Shown: positions 8,394-18,873 of the stretch, piece by piece
Position numbering within the stretch: position 1 is the first letter of the stretch
How the letters are laid out: each line of letters starts with the position of its first letter
Assembly (NCBI GenBank): GCA_964443075.1
Contig: CAYUCB010000001.1
Span: 23,778-87,777 of the forward strand
DNA: 64,000 nucleotides
Direction: 5' to 3'
DNA from: an uncultured Caldilineaceae bacterium
GTDB lineage: Bacteria; Chloroflexota; Anaerolineae; 4572-78; J111
The notes under the pieces: generated by a model
Told to the model about the DNA's origin: nothing
The model's input: only the letters and a program-made list of their open reading frames with translations
The model's database searches: none
Program-made: the position numbers and the translations under genes

Positions 8394-10364
8394 TTATTGA
8401 CGACTCTCAGGCTTTATTTGACTTAAAAGCTTCTCAATCCTTGATATTCTCGTTTTTGTTTCTTCTATCCCAGCTTGAAGGTATAGAGGAACATAAGAAG
8501 ACGAACCACCATATTTTACCATTTTTATCTCTAACTGATGTAGATTTTGATAGTAAACACGCAAAGTTTCTTCAAGGTACTTTATGCGATCAGGAATAGG
8601 AAGAGAATCTTCCAGTGTTAAGACTTTCTTCTCACGAATATTATCAATCACTTCTTCTTTCTTTATTTTTGCATAGACCCAGTCAGCAAAAAGTTGTATA
8701 ACAAACCAATACTCTGATTCCTTAATTTGCTTAATAGGTTGAATAGTTTGTTGACGTGATAATTTTGCAAAAATATCACGCTGCTCCTGTTCTGACAGAT
8801 AGATATCTACTAGATCGAGCAGTTCTTTAGTAAGGCTGGGAGCTGTTTGTGGTATTTTCTTTTGGGCTAACAAATAAAGCAATCCTTGTTCTACAGCCGT
8901 AAAACTGCGCCAAAAATAATTGAATTGAAATGAAAGATGGTCAATTACTTGAGGCACAATTTTATCAATATCACCAGGCTTAATCTCTGTCCACTCATTC
9001 TGGTTAAGTAACTCGATTAAATAGTGACACAAGGCCTGAATAAAATAAGGATTTCGACCAGTATAATGTAAAATGCGATCAACTTCTGTAGTGGGGTATG
9101 TTAACCCAATAGAAACACCAGGTTCCGTGATGAGTAATTTGGCGGCTTCTGTGGAAAGGGCACGCACTTCAATGGTTTTGAAGATATTGTAGAATGGAGA
9201 AGTATAATCTAGAGTTAGCTCATATAAAAGGTCTGAACCAGCAACAATAAAAATGCAATAGCTCAGGCTTTGAATCAAACTCCGAAACCACTCTAGCGTA
9301 CTGATGCCACCAAACTCTGTGAGTAATTCGATTTCATCAAACATTAAAATCAGTCGAGGAAGTTGTTTTTGATCAATCACCTCATTGAGGTTATCCAAGT
9401 CATCCCCAAAGGTTAGAAATTGCAATTGTTTAGGAACTTGATTGAGATTGAGCGTTTCAAAAGGTGGTAGGACATCTGCCAATTGAAGATGTTTAAAAAC
9501 GGTTATGATCTTACTAAGAATAGTTACAAATAAAATTTGAGGATCGCGCGGCTCAACACTCTGTAAATCAATATAAATAGATAAAAAATCGTTTGGAGCA
9601 ATATCTAAAAGTCGCAGAAGAATAGATGATTTTCCAATACGACGTGGTCCCATGACCACAATATCTTGCTTTTGGCCACGCGGTACATTTTCTAAGGTGT
9701 CAAAAATCAGCTTTAACTCTACCTCACGACCAAAAAACCTACCCTCCCCACGGGCTGGTACACCAAAGGTATAGGGGTTTTTGAACCTGACAAATTCGGT
9801 ACTCCTAGAGGTATCCTCAATAGCCTGCAACTCCATATGCAATTTGGTAATCTCCGTCTCTAAATCCTCTATCTCTGTTAAAATTTCAGGACTGGCGCGA
9901 AGACCAAGTTGGGTTTGCCGCTCTTTAAGGCGATACAAACTACGAGTTTTGAAAATTATCAGTTTTCCCAAGTCACCCTTTTCATTAAGCTTGATTGGCT
10001 CTATAGACTCTAGTTTTTCTTGTAATTGCCCAATTTCTTCCTCTAAATCTTTTATCTCATTAAGAATTTCAAGGTTAATGTCCCAACTATTAAGTTGAGA
10101 TTCTTGTACTCTAAGTGTTAGCAAACGTTGCTCTTTTATCTCTATTAGTCTTCTTAACTCATCTTTTTCATCGAACTCCCTTAGCTCATTGACAGTCCGT
10201 GACTCTTTATATAGCTGCTCAATCTCTGCCTCAAGTTCTTCTATCTCTGTAAGAATTTCAGGGTTTGTAGACAAACCAAGTTTAGCTTGTTTCAGTTGCA
10301 GTGTTTGCAAACGGCGTGTACGGGTAATTATTAGCTTTTTTATATCATCTTTTATATCAAACAT
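8394..10364 (-). CDS. P-loop NTPase, Arch_ATPase/STAND-like, with three N-terminal ~45-aa coiled-coil tandem repeats
   Basis: Repeats of the form 'L(I/V)..(K/R)T..L..L..Q..LGL...PEILTEIE(E/D)LE.EI..L' occur three times. Walker A 'GPRRIGKSS' and Walker B 'LILMFDEIE'. Markedly AT-rich DNA. Confidence 0.7.
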   Translation of the reverse strand: MFDIKDDIKKLIITRTRRLQTLQLKQAKLGLSTNPEILTEIEELEAEIEQLYKESRTVNELREFDEKDELRRLIEIKEQRLLTLRVQESQLNSWDINLEILNEIKDLEEEIGQLQEKLESIEPIKLNEKGDLGKLIIFKTRSLYRLKERQTQLGLRASPEILTEIEDLETEITKLHMELQAIEDTSRSTEFVRFKNPYTFGVPARGEGRFFGREVELKLIFDTLENVPRGQKQDIVVMGPRRIGKSSILLRLLDIAPNDFLSIYIDLQSVEPRDPQILFVTILSKIITVFKHLQLADVLPPFETLNLNQVPKQLQFLTFGDDLDNLNEVIDQKQLPRLILMFDEIELLTEFGGISTLEWFRSLIQSLSYCIFIVAGSDLLYELTLDYTSPFYNIFKTIEVRALSTEAAKLLITEPGVSIGLTYPTTEVDRILHYTGRNPYFIQALCHYLIELLNQNEWTEIKPGDIDKIVPQVIDHLSFQFNYFWRSFTAVEQGLLYLLAQKKIPQTAPSLTKELLDLVDIYLSEQEQRDIFAKLSRQQTIQPIKQIKESEYWFVIQLFADWVYAKIKKEEVIDNIREKKVLTLEDSLPIPDRIKYLEETLRVYYQNLHQLEIKMVKYGGSSSYVPLYLQAGIEETKTRISRIEKLLSQIKPESRQ

Positions 10365-10367
10365 AAG

Positions 10368-11273
10368 TTACGTGGTATTCTCCAAAATTGCTATTAGAAC
10401 CGTCAAGTCATCAATAAGGTAGGTCAAAAAACTTCCCGTAAGATTCTCTTTTGTACGCCGCTCGTTGTAATCGGCCAGCGTAATTGACAATTCGGCCAAC
10501 CGTTTGGATAACTCCGGCTTGCCCAATTTGCGGCCCAATTGATGCAGGGCCGGATAAAGGTTGCCTTTTACAATAGCTTCTTCCCACAAATTAAAAGAAA
10601 CCTGCCCTTGCGCTTCTACTCCTTTTCGCGCCCCTTGTAACATAGCCAGGGTAATGCCTCTGGCCTGTTCTTCGCGCTGGCGATTCTCCCGACGCTCTTT
10701 TTGCCTATCGGTGAACCAGGCAATGAATTGACCCAAAAAAGCGCCTATCACCAGCGGGATGAGATAATCAGGCCATCTAAACGCAAAGGGAGATATTACC
10801 TCAATTTTTTCTACCGATACCGTCTCAACCCATTGAGACGTTGTTCCGGTATCCGGGTTATCCCAAGAATATTGTACCGCAAAGATAAGATTCTGTGAAC
10901 CGGCATTTTGGCTTTGGAGGGTGTAGACAGCCTGGGCGCTGGTGTAGGGGGAGAGGGTATCGGGTAAATCTATCGAGTTGACAACATTAAAAGAGGTACC
11001 TTGAAGTTGAGCCGTAATATTGGATAAGGTGTAAGGGGTAGTGTTACGTAGAACCAGAACGGCCTGGACAGACTCGCCGGTGTTGAGGCTAGTCCGGTCA
11101 ACCGCAAGTTGAATTTGGGGGGAAGGAGAGCTATTTTCTTCTTGGGCATAAACTACAGTCCCAAAGAAGAACAGGAATAACAGTATCGTGAGGTGTAATA
11201 GGTTTGTGCAGGCTCTTATTAAAGTCTTTGGTTTAGCCCCAAGGTTAGTTTCCAAATCACAATACCTTTTCAT
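10368..11273 (-). CDS. Bitopic membrane protein (signal/TM, extracytoplasmic domain, TM, charged cytoplasmic tail); hypothetical
   Basis: Hydrophobic 'LHLTILLFLFFFGTVVYA' and 'YLIPLVIGAFLGQFIAWF'; ER-rich tail. The gene overlaps the 3' end of the JAMM gene by 17 nt. Confidence 0.55.
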   Translation of the reverse strand: MKRYCDLETNLGAKPKTLIRACTNLLHLTILLFLFFFGTVVYAQEENSSPSPQIQLAVDRTSLNTGESVQAVLVLRNTTPYTLSNITAQLQGTSFNVVNSIDLPDTLSPYTSAQAVYTLQSQNAGSQNLIFAVQYSWDNPDTGTTSQWVETVSVEKIEVISPFAFRWPDYLIPLVIGAFLGQFIAWFTDRQKERRENRQREEQARGITLAMLQGARKGVEAQGQVSFNLWEEAIVKGNLYPALHQLGRKLGKPELSKRLAELSITLADYNERRTKENLTGSFLTYLIDDLTVLIAILENTT

Positions 11274-11685
11274 CCATAATTTCTAACGCCACTCCCTTAA
11301 AGCGGCGCGGCTCATCATCGGCCAGTTGCCATATCTGGGTCTGAAAAGGTTTACCCTCATGCACCGACACTATTAGATAATACACCTCTTCCCAGGCGTT
11401 ATCCATATCGGTTTGGGAGGGGATGGCCGGCCAATCGGGGTGGGAGTGGTAAATGCCGATGATCTCCAGCCCGGTTTCGTCGGCGGCCAGCTGCACCTCG
11501 GCAAATTCTTCGCCGCTGATGATGAAGCGGTCGGTGCGCTCGCTGTTTTGATTTATTGCGGGGCGCACCTGGCGCACCTGACCCCCGTTTTCAAAGCTGC
11601 CCAGCAAAAAGCCGCAGCACTCCGGCGGATAGGTTTCTTTGGCCTGAGCGTAAATTTGTTTCAGTTGGGCGTCGGTAATTTTCAT
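11257..11685 (-). CDS. JAMM/MPN+ (Mov34) metalloprotease, Mec+/CysO-deconjugase-like
   Basis: Glu in 'PPECCGF' and 'HSHPDWPAIPSQTD' (H-x-H-x7-S-x2-D); 142 aa. Confidence 0.85.
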   Translation of the reverse strand: MKITDAQLKQIYAQAKETYPPECCGFLLGSFENGGQVRQVRPAINQNSERTDRFIISGEEFAEVQLAADETGLEIIGIYHSHPDWPAIPSQTDMDNAWEEVYYLIVSVHEGKPFQTQIWQLADDEPRRFKGVALEIMDEKVL

Positions 11686-11691
11686 AGCCCA

Positions 11692-13101
<1,410 letters not shown>

Positions 13102-13120
13102 AGGGCAAATGAGCGAATAG

Positions 13121-13174
13121 GCGAACGGCGAATGAGCGAATGGCGAAAAAATTATTCGCTCATTCGCCGTTCGC
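13121..13174. repeat. Perfect 21-bp-stem hairpin (gcgaacggcgaatgagcgaat / A-rich 12-nt loop / attcgctcattcgccgttcgc) between the DnaD-like stop and the DnaC-like start
   Basis: Direct reading. Built from GAGCGAAT-type direct repeats. No U-run on either strand. Confidence 0.7.
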
Positions 13175-13182
13175 TCATTCGG

Positions 13183-13884
13183 TTAATGTTGAATCAAATA
13201 CTTAAACTCTTCATCTGTATACCAGGTTTTGTTCTGGCTCTCTTCTTTTTTGTTTTTGCCGTCGTCGCGGCCAACGGTGGCCATCCGCTCCAGAATGGCC
13301 CGGATGTAGCTCCATTTGCGCACGTTGTTTTCAACGGCAATTTTAAAGGCATCTTCAATCCAAATTTGAGGGTAGGTGGCCTCGGCATCCTTTAGCTCGT
13401 CGGCCAAAATGGGCGAAAGCAGGCCAATGTTGGCCTCGTACAGCTCAAAAATGTTCGAGCGTTTGGTCGGCGGGGCTATTTCGGCCCCGCTGACAGCTAC
13501 CACGCCCATTTCGCCGGCCAATACTTTGGCATGGGCCTGTCGCCCGCGCTCGCTGTTTAGAAAGTACAGGTCGTGCAGACCGGCTTCGTCTTCGACCTGG
13601 GCGTACAGCAGCGTGCCGCGTTCCACCGCTCGATTCAACCCCTGGCTGAGGGCGGTTTCGACATCCTCGTCAATCAGCGCCAGGCTTTGGGCCAGGGTTT
13701 CATCGGCCAGCAGTTCGCTTAAGGCAATCACCTGGCGGGCCTGGCGGTAATGTACCCACAAGAAATGCAGCGACACCTTTAGCTCTACCAGGCTGTCAAT
13801 TTGCGGTAATAACCGGGCAAAAAACAAATCCGGCACAGAAGTAAAGCGTAATTCACCTGCGGGAAAACCGTTGAACCGATCCAT
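13183..13884 (-). CDS. DnaD-domain (DnaB_2) replication-initiation/primosome protein-like
   Basis: C-terminal 'IFELYEANIGLLSPILADELKDAEATYPQIWIEDAFKIAVENNVRKWSYIRAILERM' matches the DnaD/DnaB_2 domain pattern. The upstream extension of ORF 13183..13950 is read through a TTCAC repeat and is rejected; start taken at the ATG at 13884 (MDRFNG). Confidence 0.6.
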   Translation of the reverse strand: MDRFNGFPAGELRFTSVPDLFFARLLPQIDSLVELKVSLHFLWVHYRQARQVIALSELLADETLAQSLALIDEDVETALSQGLNRAVERGTLLYAQVEDEAGLHDLYFLNSERGRQAHAKVLAGEMGVVAVSGAEIAPPTKRSNIFELYEANIGLLSPILADELKDAEATYPQIWIEDAFKIAVENNVRKWSYIRAILERMATVGRDDGKNKKEESQNKTWYTDEEFKYLIQH

Positions 13885-13966
13885 AATTGTGAATTGTGAA
13901 TGGTGAATTACGAATTGTGAACGATAAACAATTAACCATTCACAATTCACTATTCACCATTCACTA
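13885..13966. repeat. TTCAC-rich inverted/direct repeat element (aattgtgaattgtgaatggtgaat ... ccattcacaattcactattcaccattcactat)
   Basis: Direct reading. Shares the 'attcaccattcactattcacaatt' motif with 27693..27732 and the 'cattcaccc' repeats at 16912..16945. Confidence 0.65.
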
Positions 13967-15328
13967 TTAATACTCCATCGTTTGCTTTCTGACTTCTAAA
14001 TCTACAAATTGGGCCAGGTGTTTCTTGAAGTAGACGGAAAAGATGCCGGTGGGGCCGGAGCGGTGCTTGCCGACGATGATTTCGGCAATGTTGGGGAATT
14101 CGGTGTCGGGGTTGTAAACGTCATCGCGGTAGACAAACATCACCACGTCCGCGTCCTGCTCTATCGAGCCACTTTCTCTCAAATCCGAAAGCATGGGGCG
14201 TTTATCATGCCGCGATTCTACCTGGCGCGAAAGCTGGCTGAGGGCCAGAACCGGCACATTTAACTCGCGGGCCAGAGCTTTGATGGAGCGGGAGATAAAG
14301 CTGATTTCCTGCTGCCGGTTTTCGCTGCGGGTATCGCCGCGCATCAGTTGCAGGTAGTCAAGGATAATCAAATCCAGGCCGTGTTCGGCGTGCAGGCGGC
14401 GGGCTTTGGTGCGTAATTCCAGCACCGAAATGGCCGGAGTGTCGTCAATAAAAAAGGCGGTGCTGGAAAGCAGGTTGGTGGCTTGAATAAAAGTGGCCCA
14501 CTCATCTTTTTTAATATCACCCAGGCGCAGGCGCTGGCTGTCAATGCCGGTTTCGGCGGAGATAAGACGCTGCACCAACTGCTCATCGCTCATTTCCAGG
14601 CTGAACATGGCCACCCGTTTATGCCAGCGCCGGGCCGCTTGCAGGGCAATACTGAGCGCCAGTGAGGTTTTGCCCATCCCCGGCCGGCCCGCCAGCACAA
14701 TCATATCAGAGCGCTGCATCCCGCCCAGCAGTTTATCCAGGTCGGTCAGGCCGGTGGGAATACCGACAATTTCGCCCTGGTGCTTGGAGAGGTAATCAAT
14801 TCGGTCAAAATATTTCTCTAACACCTGCCGGATGGGGCGCAAATCGCGCTCAACCCGGCGCGAAGCCACCCCAAAAATAATCTCTTCGGCCCGGTCCATC
14901 ACCGCGTCCGCGTCCTGGCTGGGGTCGTAAGCCAGGCGGGCAATCTGACCGGCGGCGTCAATCAAGCGGCGTAATACGGCGGTGCGCTCAACAATGCGGG
15001 CGTAAAATTCTACGTGAATTGAGGTGGGCGTCGTATTCATCAGGCCGGTCAGGTAGGCCGATCCGCCAATATCGGCCAATCGGCCCTGCCGTTCCAGGGC
15101 GTCGGCCAGCGTCACCAGGTCGGCCGGTTCGCGCCGCTCGTGCAGCTCGCGGATGGTTTCAAATACCCAACTATGCCGCTCTACGTAAAAATCACCCGGC
15201 TGTAAAAACGTCGCCACCCGGATGATGGCGTCGGGGTCAATCAGCAGCGAGCCAAGCACGGCCTCTTCCGCTTCTACATTATGGGGTTGGAGTTTATCGG
15301 GCACAGTGCCGGGTAGAAGGTCAACCAT
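13967..15328 (-). CDS. dnaB: Replicative DNA helicase DnaB
   Basis: Walker A '[15 protein letters not shown]' with typical DnaB N- and C-terminal domains; 453 aa; no intein. Confidence 0.9.
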   Translation of the reverse strand: MVDLLPGTVPDKLQPHNVEAEEAVLGSLLIDPDAIIRVATFLQPGDFYVERHSWVFETIRELHERREPADLVTLADALERQGRLADIGGSAYLTGLMNTTPTSIHVEFYARIVERTAVLRRLIDAAGQIARLAYDPSQDADAVMDRAEEIIFGVASRRVERDLRPIRQVLEKYFDRIDYLSKHQGEIVGIPTGLTDLDKLLGGMQRSDMIVLAGRPGMGKTSLALSIALQAARRWHKRVAMFSLEMSDEQLVQRLISAETGIDSQRLRLGDIKKDEWATFIQATNLLSSTAFFIDDTPAISVLELRTKARRLHAEHGLDLIILDYLQLMRGDTRSENRQQEISFISRSIKALARELNVPVLALSQLSRQVESRHDKRPMLSDLRESGSIEQDADVVMFVYRDDVYNPDTEFPNIAEIIVGKHRSGPTGIFSVYFKKHLAQFVDLEVRKQTMEY

Positions 15329-15534
15329 TAATTTAGCATCTGAACAAAAGTTCTAATCTGATATAATAACACGAGCGCGGGGTTTCGTCAAAGAAGTTTC
15401 AACGACCTTCCGCGCACGTGAAAAGCTTATAAGAAAGGCTAATTTTTGATTATAGCGATTTTTAGAATTGACTCAAAAGTTGGGGGCTGCTGGCCTTTGA
15501 GTCGGTGCTTTTTAGGCAGCCCAAGAGCGGCCGG

Positions 15535-16059
15535 CTAATTTTTGCCCAGGTCATCCAGGTCCAGTTCTTCGATAAAATCTCGAAAAATGGCCAGTTGTTG
15601 TTGTTCTTCTTCTGACATGGGTTCAGGTTGGCCTTCTCTGTCGGAGTCTTCCAGGCTGGTTTCGGGCACAATCGAGGCTGCCGCCATGACGTCATCGGCT
15701 ACAAACAAGGGGGCGTTGGCCCGAACCGCCAGGGCTATGGCATCGCTGGGGCGGGCGTCAATTTCCATCCGCTGACCGTCCACGTCCATCACGATGCGGG
15801 CAAAAAAGGTGTCGTTCTTTAACTCATTAACCATCACGTGAGAAATTTTGGCGCCCATTTCATCAATGAGGCTCTTGAGCAGGTCATGCGTCAGTGGGCG
15901 GGCCACCTGAACGCCTTGTAACTGGATAGTGATGGCATCGGCCTCAAACGGGCCAATCCAGATAGGCAGGTAGCGCTCCGTGTCAACGTCCTTTAGAACC
16001 ACTACCCGGTGTTGCGACATCAGGCTAACCCGAATACTATCAATTTTTACCTGAATCAT
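15535..16059 (-). CDS. Bifunctional nuclease (BFN/DUF151) domain protein
   Basis: 'LPIWIGPFEADAI...ARPLTHDLL' DUF151-like core. Start taken at MIQVK. Confidence 0.55.
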   Translation of the reverse strand: MIQVKIDSIRVSLMSQHRVVVLKDVDTERYLPIWIGPFEADAITIQLQGVQVARPLTHDLLKSLIDEMGAKISHVMVNELKNDTFFARIVMDVDGQRMEIDARPSDAIALAVRANAPLFVADDVMAAASIVPETSLEDSDREGQPEPMSEEEQQQLAIFRDFIEELDLDDLGKN

Positions 16060-16167
16060 GCACATCCTCCTGCCCAATTAAGGCTTTTCAGGTATTATCA
16101 GATATAATTGCGCTAGGCTTTGGGGGGAGGTAATGGCTCAGTTAATTAAGCGGAGCGCAAACGCGAT

Positions 16168-16830
16168 GTGGCTGGATTATACCACATGACCGATTGGCTT
16201 ACAAGTGCTTTTTACCGATATGCTTTAACTGTGTTTAGCCTGTTAGGGTTTTGTTTCCTGGCGGCCTGTAACCCTGCGCCGCAGCCGCTTGACCCCGCCG
16301 AAGCTCAAGCTGCTTTGACCGTCGCCTGGCGCGCTGACCAGCACACGGTTTGGGAGCTTGATTGGCCGTCAGCGCCGGTAGGTGGCCCGTTAACGGTTGA
16401 AACCTGGCGGGCCGGCCTGCGTTACCGTTATGAAGTTTTAGAAGCCACCGCGCCGGCCCTGGTAGGCCAAACCCTGGCCTTTGATGGCCGCCGGGCCTGG
16501 CTACACAACCGCCTTGAACCGGAACCGCCAGTTCGGTTGTCCACGCCGGCCCTCTCGCCTGTATCCGATGCTTTTACTTTAGTTGACCGGCTGCTGACCG
16601 CCACTCCCCAGGCGGCCACCACCGAAATGGTTCAGCTTCCCTCTGGTCCGGCCCAAAAAATTACCACCACCTTTGCCAGCGGCGATTCACTCAGCCTGTG
16701 GCGCGATTCCTCCTTCGGCCTGCCGGTGCGGGTTGAATTGGTTTGGCAGGGCCAGCCGATAACCCTGCAAGCGCGCAGTTTTGTGCCTCTGGTCAATCCC
16801 CCCGAAGCTTTGTTTAAGCCGGTAAAATAA
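16168..16830 (+). CDS. Hypothetical lipoprotein
   Basis: Lipobox 'FLAAC' after a hydrophobic segment. Confidence 0.5.
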   Translation: MAGLYHMTDWLTSAFYRYALTVFSLLGFCFLAACNPAPQPLDPAEAQAALTVAWRADQHTVWELDWPSAPVGGPLTVETWRAGLRYRYEVLEATAPALVGQTLAFDGRRAWLHNRLEPEPPVRLSTPALSPVSDAFTLVDRLLTATPQAATTEMVQLPSGPAQKITTTFASGDSLSLWRDSSFGLPVRVELVWQGQPITLQARSFVPLVNPPEALFKPVK

Positions 16831-17093
16831 ACTGCTTTAGCCAGATTCCCCAATTTTGACCCCAATAAAGCCGCCGGAGATTGAATCGCTGAAACGCTGG
16901 TGAGGTTGGTCCATCACCCCATTCACCCCATTCACCCCAAATTTTTATTTTTGGCCTAATAGCTAAATCGTCAGAAAAGAAGTAAAATCAATAAGCTAAA
17001 GGAACTTGTATAGAATCGGGCTGACAACGAGTATCTTATTGCCACCCAGCCGCCATTGCAAATTGAAGGCGATTTTTTGTAAGCGTAGGAGGT

Positions 17094-17354
17094 ATGATGA
17101 CCTTAGCAGAATTGACGAGCAAAGTTCAATATGTAACTGATGCTGAAGGCAACCGGCAAGCAGTGGTTCTGGAGATGGCTGTTTGGGAAGAGGTGGTAAA
17201 TGCTTTGGAACAACTGGAACCCACTCAGCCCCAAAAGCAGAGTAAAGGCCGAAAGCGGCTTATGAAGCAAGTGGCTGACTCTCGCCAGGCTTATGAGTCA
17301 GGTCAGGTACGCCGGGGTACAGCTAATGACTTGATTGCGGAGTTGACTGCGTGA
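17094..17354 (+). CDS. Type II toxin-antitoxin antitoxin (RelB/DinJ-like), hypothetical
   Basis: Small acidic protein. Its stop overlaps the downstream toxin start by 4 nt (ATGA). Confidence 0.5.
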   Translation: MMTLAELTSKVQYVTDAEGNRQAVVLEMAVWEEVVNALEQLEPTQPQKQSKGRKRLMKQVADSRQAYESGQVRRGTANDLIAELTA

Positions 17355-17635
17355 TTTCGTTGGTTTGGAGCGCCAGTTTTAGCCGAGCCTTAAAGCGTAA
17401 AATTCGCCGTAATCCTCAATTACAGGCATCGGTTGAAGAGGCCTTGCGCCAATTGTCTAACGACCCGTTTCACCCTTCGTTGGAGAGCCACAAACTAAAA
17501 GGCGAATTGGCCGGAACGTGGGCATGCAGTGTGGAGTATGATTTGAGAATTTTGTTTGAATTTGGGCAAAACCCAGAGTCCGGTGAACAAGAAATTTTGC
17601 TGTTGGCTTTTGGAACTCATGATGAAGTCTATTGA
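17351..17635 (+). CDS. RelE/ParE-superfamily toxin, YafQ-like mRNA interferase
   Basis: 'HKLKGELAGTWACSVEYDLRILFEF...LLLAFGTHDEVY' fits the YafQ/RelE C-terminal pattern. Confidence 0.6.
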   Translation: MISLVWSASFSRALKRKIRRNPQLQASVEEALRQLSNDPFHPSLESHKLKGELAGTWACSVEYDLRILFEFGQNPESGEQEILLLAFGTHDEVY

Positions 17636-17653
17636 GATAACCCTATAAAATCT

Positions 17654-17796
17654 ATGATTCTGTATAAGTTCCAGATTTCACACCCAAAAGTGGGCGATAT
17701 TTCTTAAATTTGTCCCACTTTAGGCCATAAAATAGGTCAAAATGGGGTGTTTTTGCGATAAAATAGCTGTGAAAAATCAAACTTATACAGAATCAT
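17654..17796. repeat. 143-bp element bounded by a perfect 17-bp inverted repeat (atgattctgtataagtt / aacttatacagaatcat) with nested internal hairpins; MITE-like or structured RNA
   Basis: Direct reading; inner inverted repeat aaagtggg/cccacttt. Confidence 0.6.
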
Positions 17797-17957
17797 CTAT
17801 TACCTATATTTGAATCCTAATTTTTCTATACCAAATTAAAAGCCCCCTGAATATTCACTTCAGGGGCTTTTTTTATTTTTCATGAGATGTTCGTTGTAAA
17901 CTTTGTATGCACTATCCGCAAGAGTAATATGCGGCTAATGCATATGATGCAAATATA

Positions 17958-17994
17958 GTGACATTTGTCACCCTATTTATGTGACATTTGTCAC
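17958..17994. promoter_or_regulatory. Two copies of the perfect palindrome GTGACATTTGTCAC, 23 bp centre to centre, plus gtgcatcaaatgcac at ~18005, upstream of the HTH regulator gene; candidate operators
   Basis: Direct reading; AT-rich promoter context. Confidence 0.55.
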
Positions 17995-18057
17995 TATTTT
18001 CTGTGCATCAAATGCACTATACTTAATAGTAGATGATTTCACAAGTGGGGATGATAA

Positions 18058-18795
18058 ATGGCTGACCTGCTGACCGCCAAAGATTTACAAGAGTTGCTTC
18101 AGATAGACCGTTCAACCATTTACCGGATGGCTGAAGATGGTCGGCTGCCCGCCATTAAGGTGGGCAAACAGTGGCGTTTTCCCGCCGACCAGATAGACCG
18201 CTGGCTAAAAAATCAAGCGGCTGCGCCCGCTCCTGCCACACCTACGCCTGCCCCGCCCTCTAAAAATGGGTTTGCCAGTTTACTGCCCCAGCAATGTGTC
18301 CAACTTATTCAAGATACTTATGCCGATGCCCTGGAGGTGATGTTGGTAATTACCGACCTTGAAGGCCGGCCGGTCACCCAGGTAAGCAACCCCTGCGGCC
18401 TGTTTAAAGTGGTTAATCAAGAGGCCGGTGCTCTGCAAAAATGCCTTGATAGCTGGTATCAACTGGGCCAGGCTATTGACCTTGAACCCAAATTTACCCC
18501 CAGCCATTTAGGGCTGCTCTGCGCCCGCTCGCTGGTGCGGGTAGGCACTGAATTAAAAGGGATGGTGATTATGGGTGGCATTGCCCCCGAAAATTGGCCG
18601 CCTTCCCCGGAGCAGATTCAAACCATTGCCGCCGAATTTGGCGTTAGCCCGGAAGTGATGTCGGCGCACCTGGATGAAGTGTATCACTTGGATGACTCTA
18701 ACCGGGCCAAAGTGCTCTCGCTCATGCAGCGCATCGCCGATGTGGTGGCCCATATCATTAATGAGCGTCATCAGTTGCAAAACAATGCCCGGTAA
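18058..18795 (+). CDS. Transcriptional regulator, N-terminal MerR/excisionase-type HTH (HTH_17) plus C-terminal PocR-like Cys-containing sensory domain
   Basis: 'LLTAKDLQELLQIDRSTIYRMAEDGRLPAIKVGKQWRF' HTH. The C-terminal 'CGLFKVV...HLGLLCARSLVRVGTELKGMVIMGG' resembles PocR. Confidence 0.55.
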   Translation: MADLLTAKDLQELLQIDRSTIYRMAEDGRLPAIKVGKQWRFPADQIDRWLKNQAAAPAPATPTPAPPSKNGFASLLPQQCVQLIQDTYADALEVMLVITDLEGRPVTQVSNPCGLFKVVNQEAGALQKCLDSWYQLGQAIDLEPKFTPSHLGLLCARSLVRVGTELKGMVIMGGIAPENWPPSPEQIQTIAAEFGVSPEVMSAHLDEVYHLDDSNRAKVLSLMQRIADVVAHIINERHQLQNNAR

Positions 18796-18873
18796 GTGAA
18801 ATGTAATCAGTGAAAAGTAATCAGTTAAACTGTTCACTGACCACTTTTCACTATAATTAAGGAGTTTACCCCT

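Noticed and set aside
13885-13950. N-terminal extension (MNCEWLIVYRSQFVIHHSQFTI) of ORF 13183..13950
   Set aside because: Reads through the TTCAC repeat element; start reassigned to the ATG at 13884.
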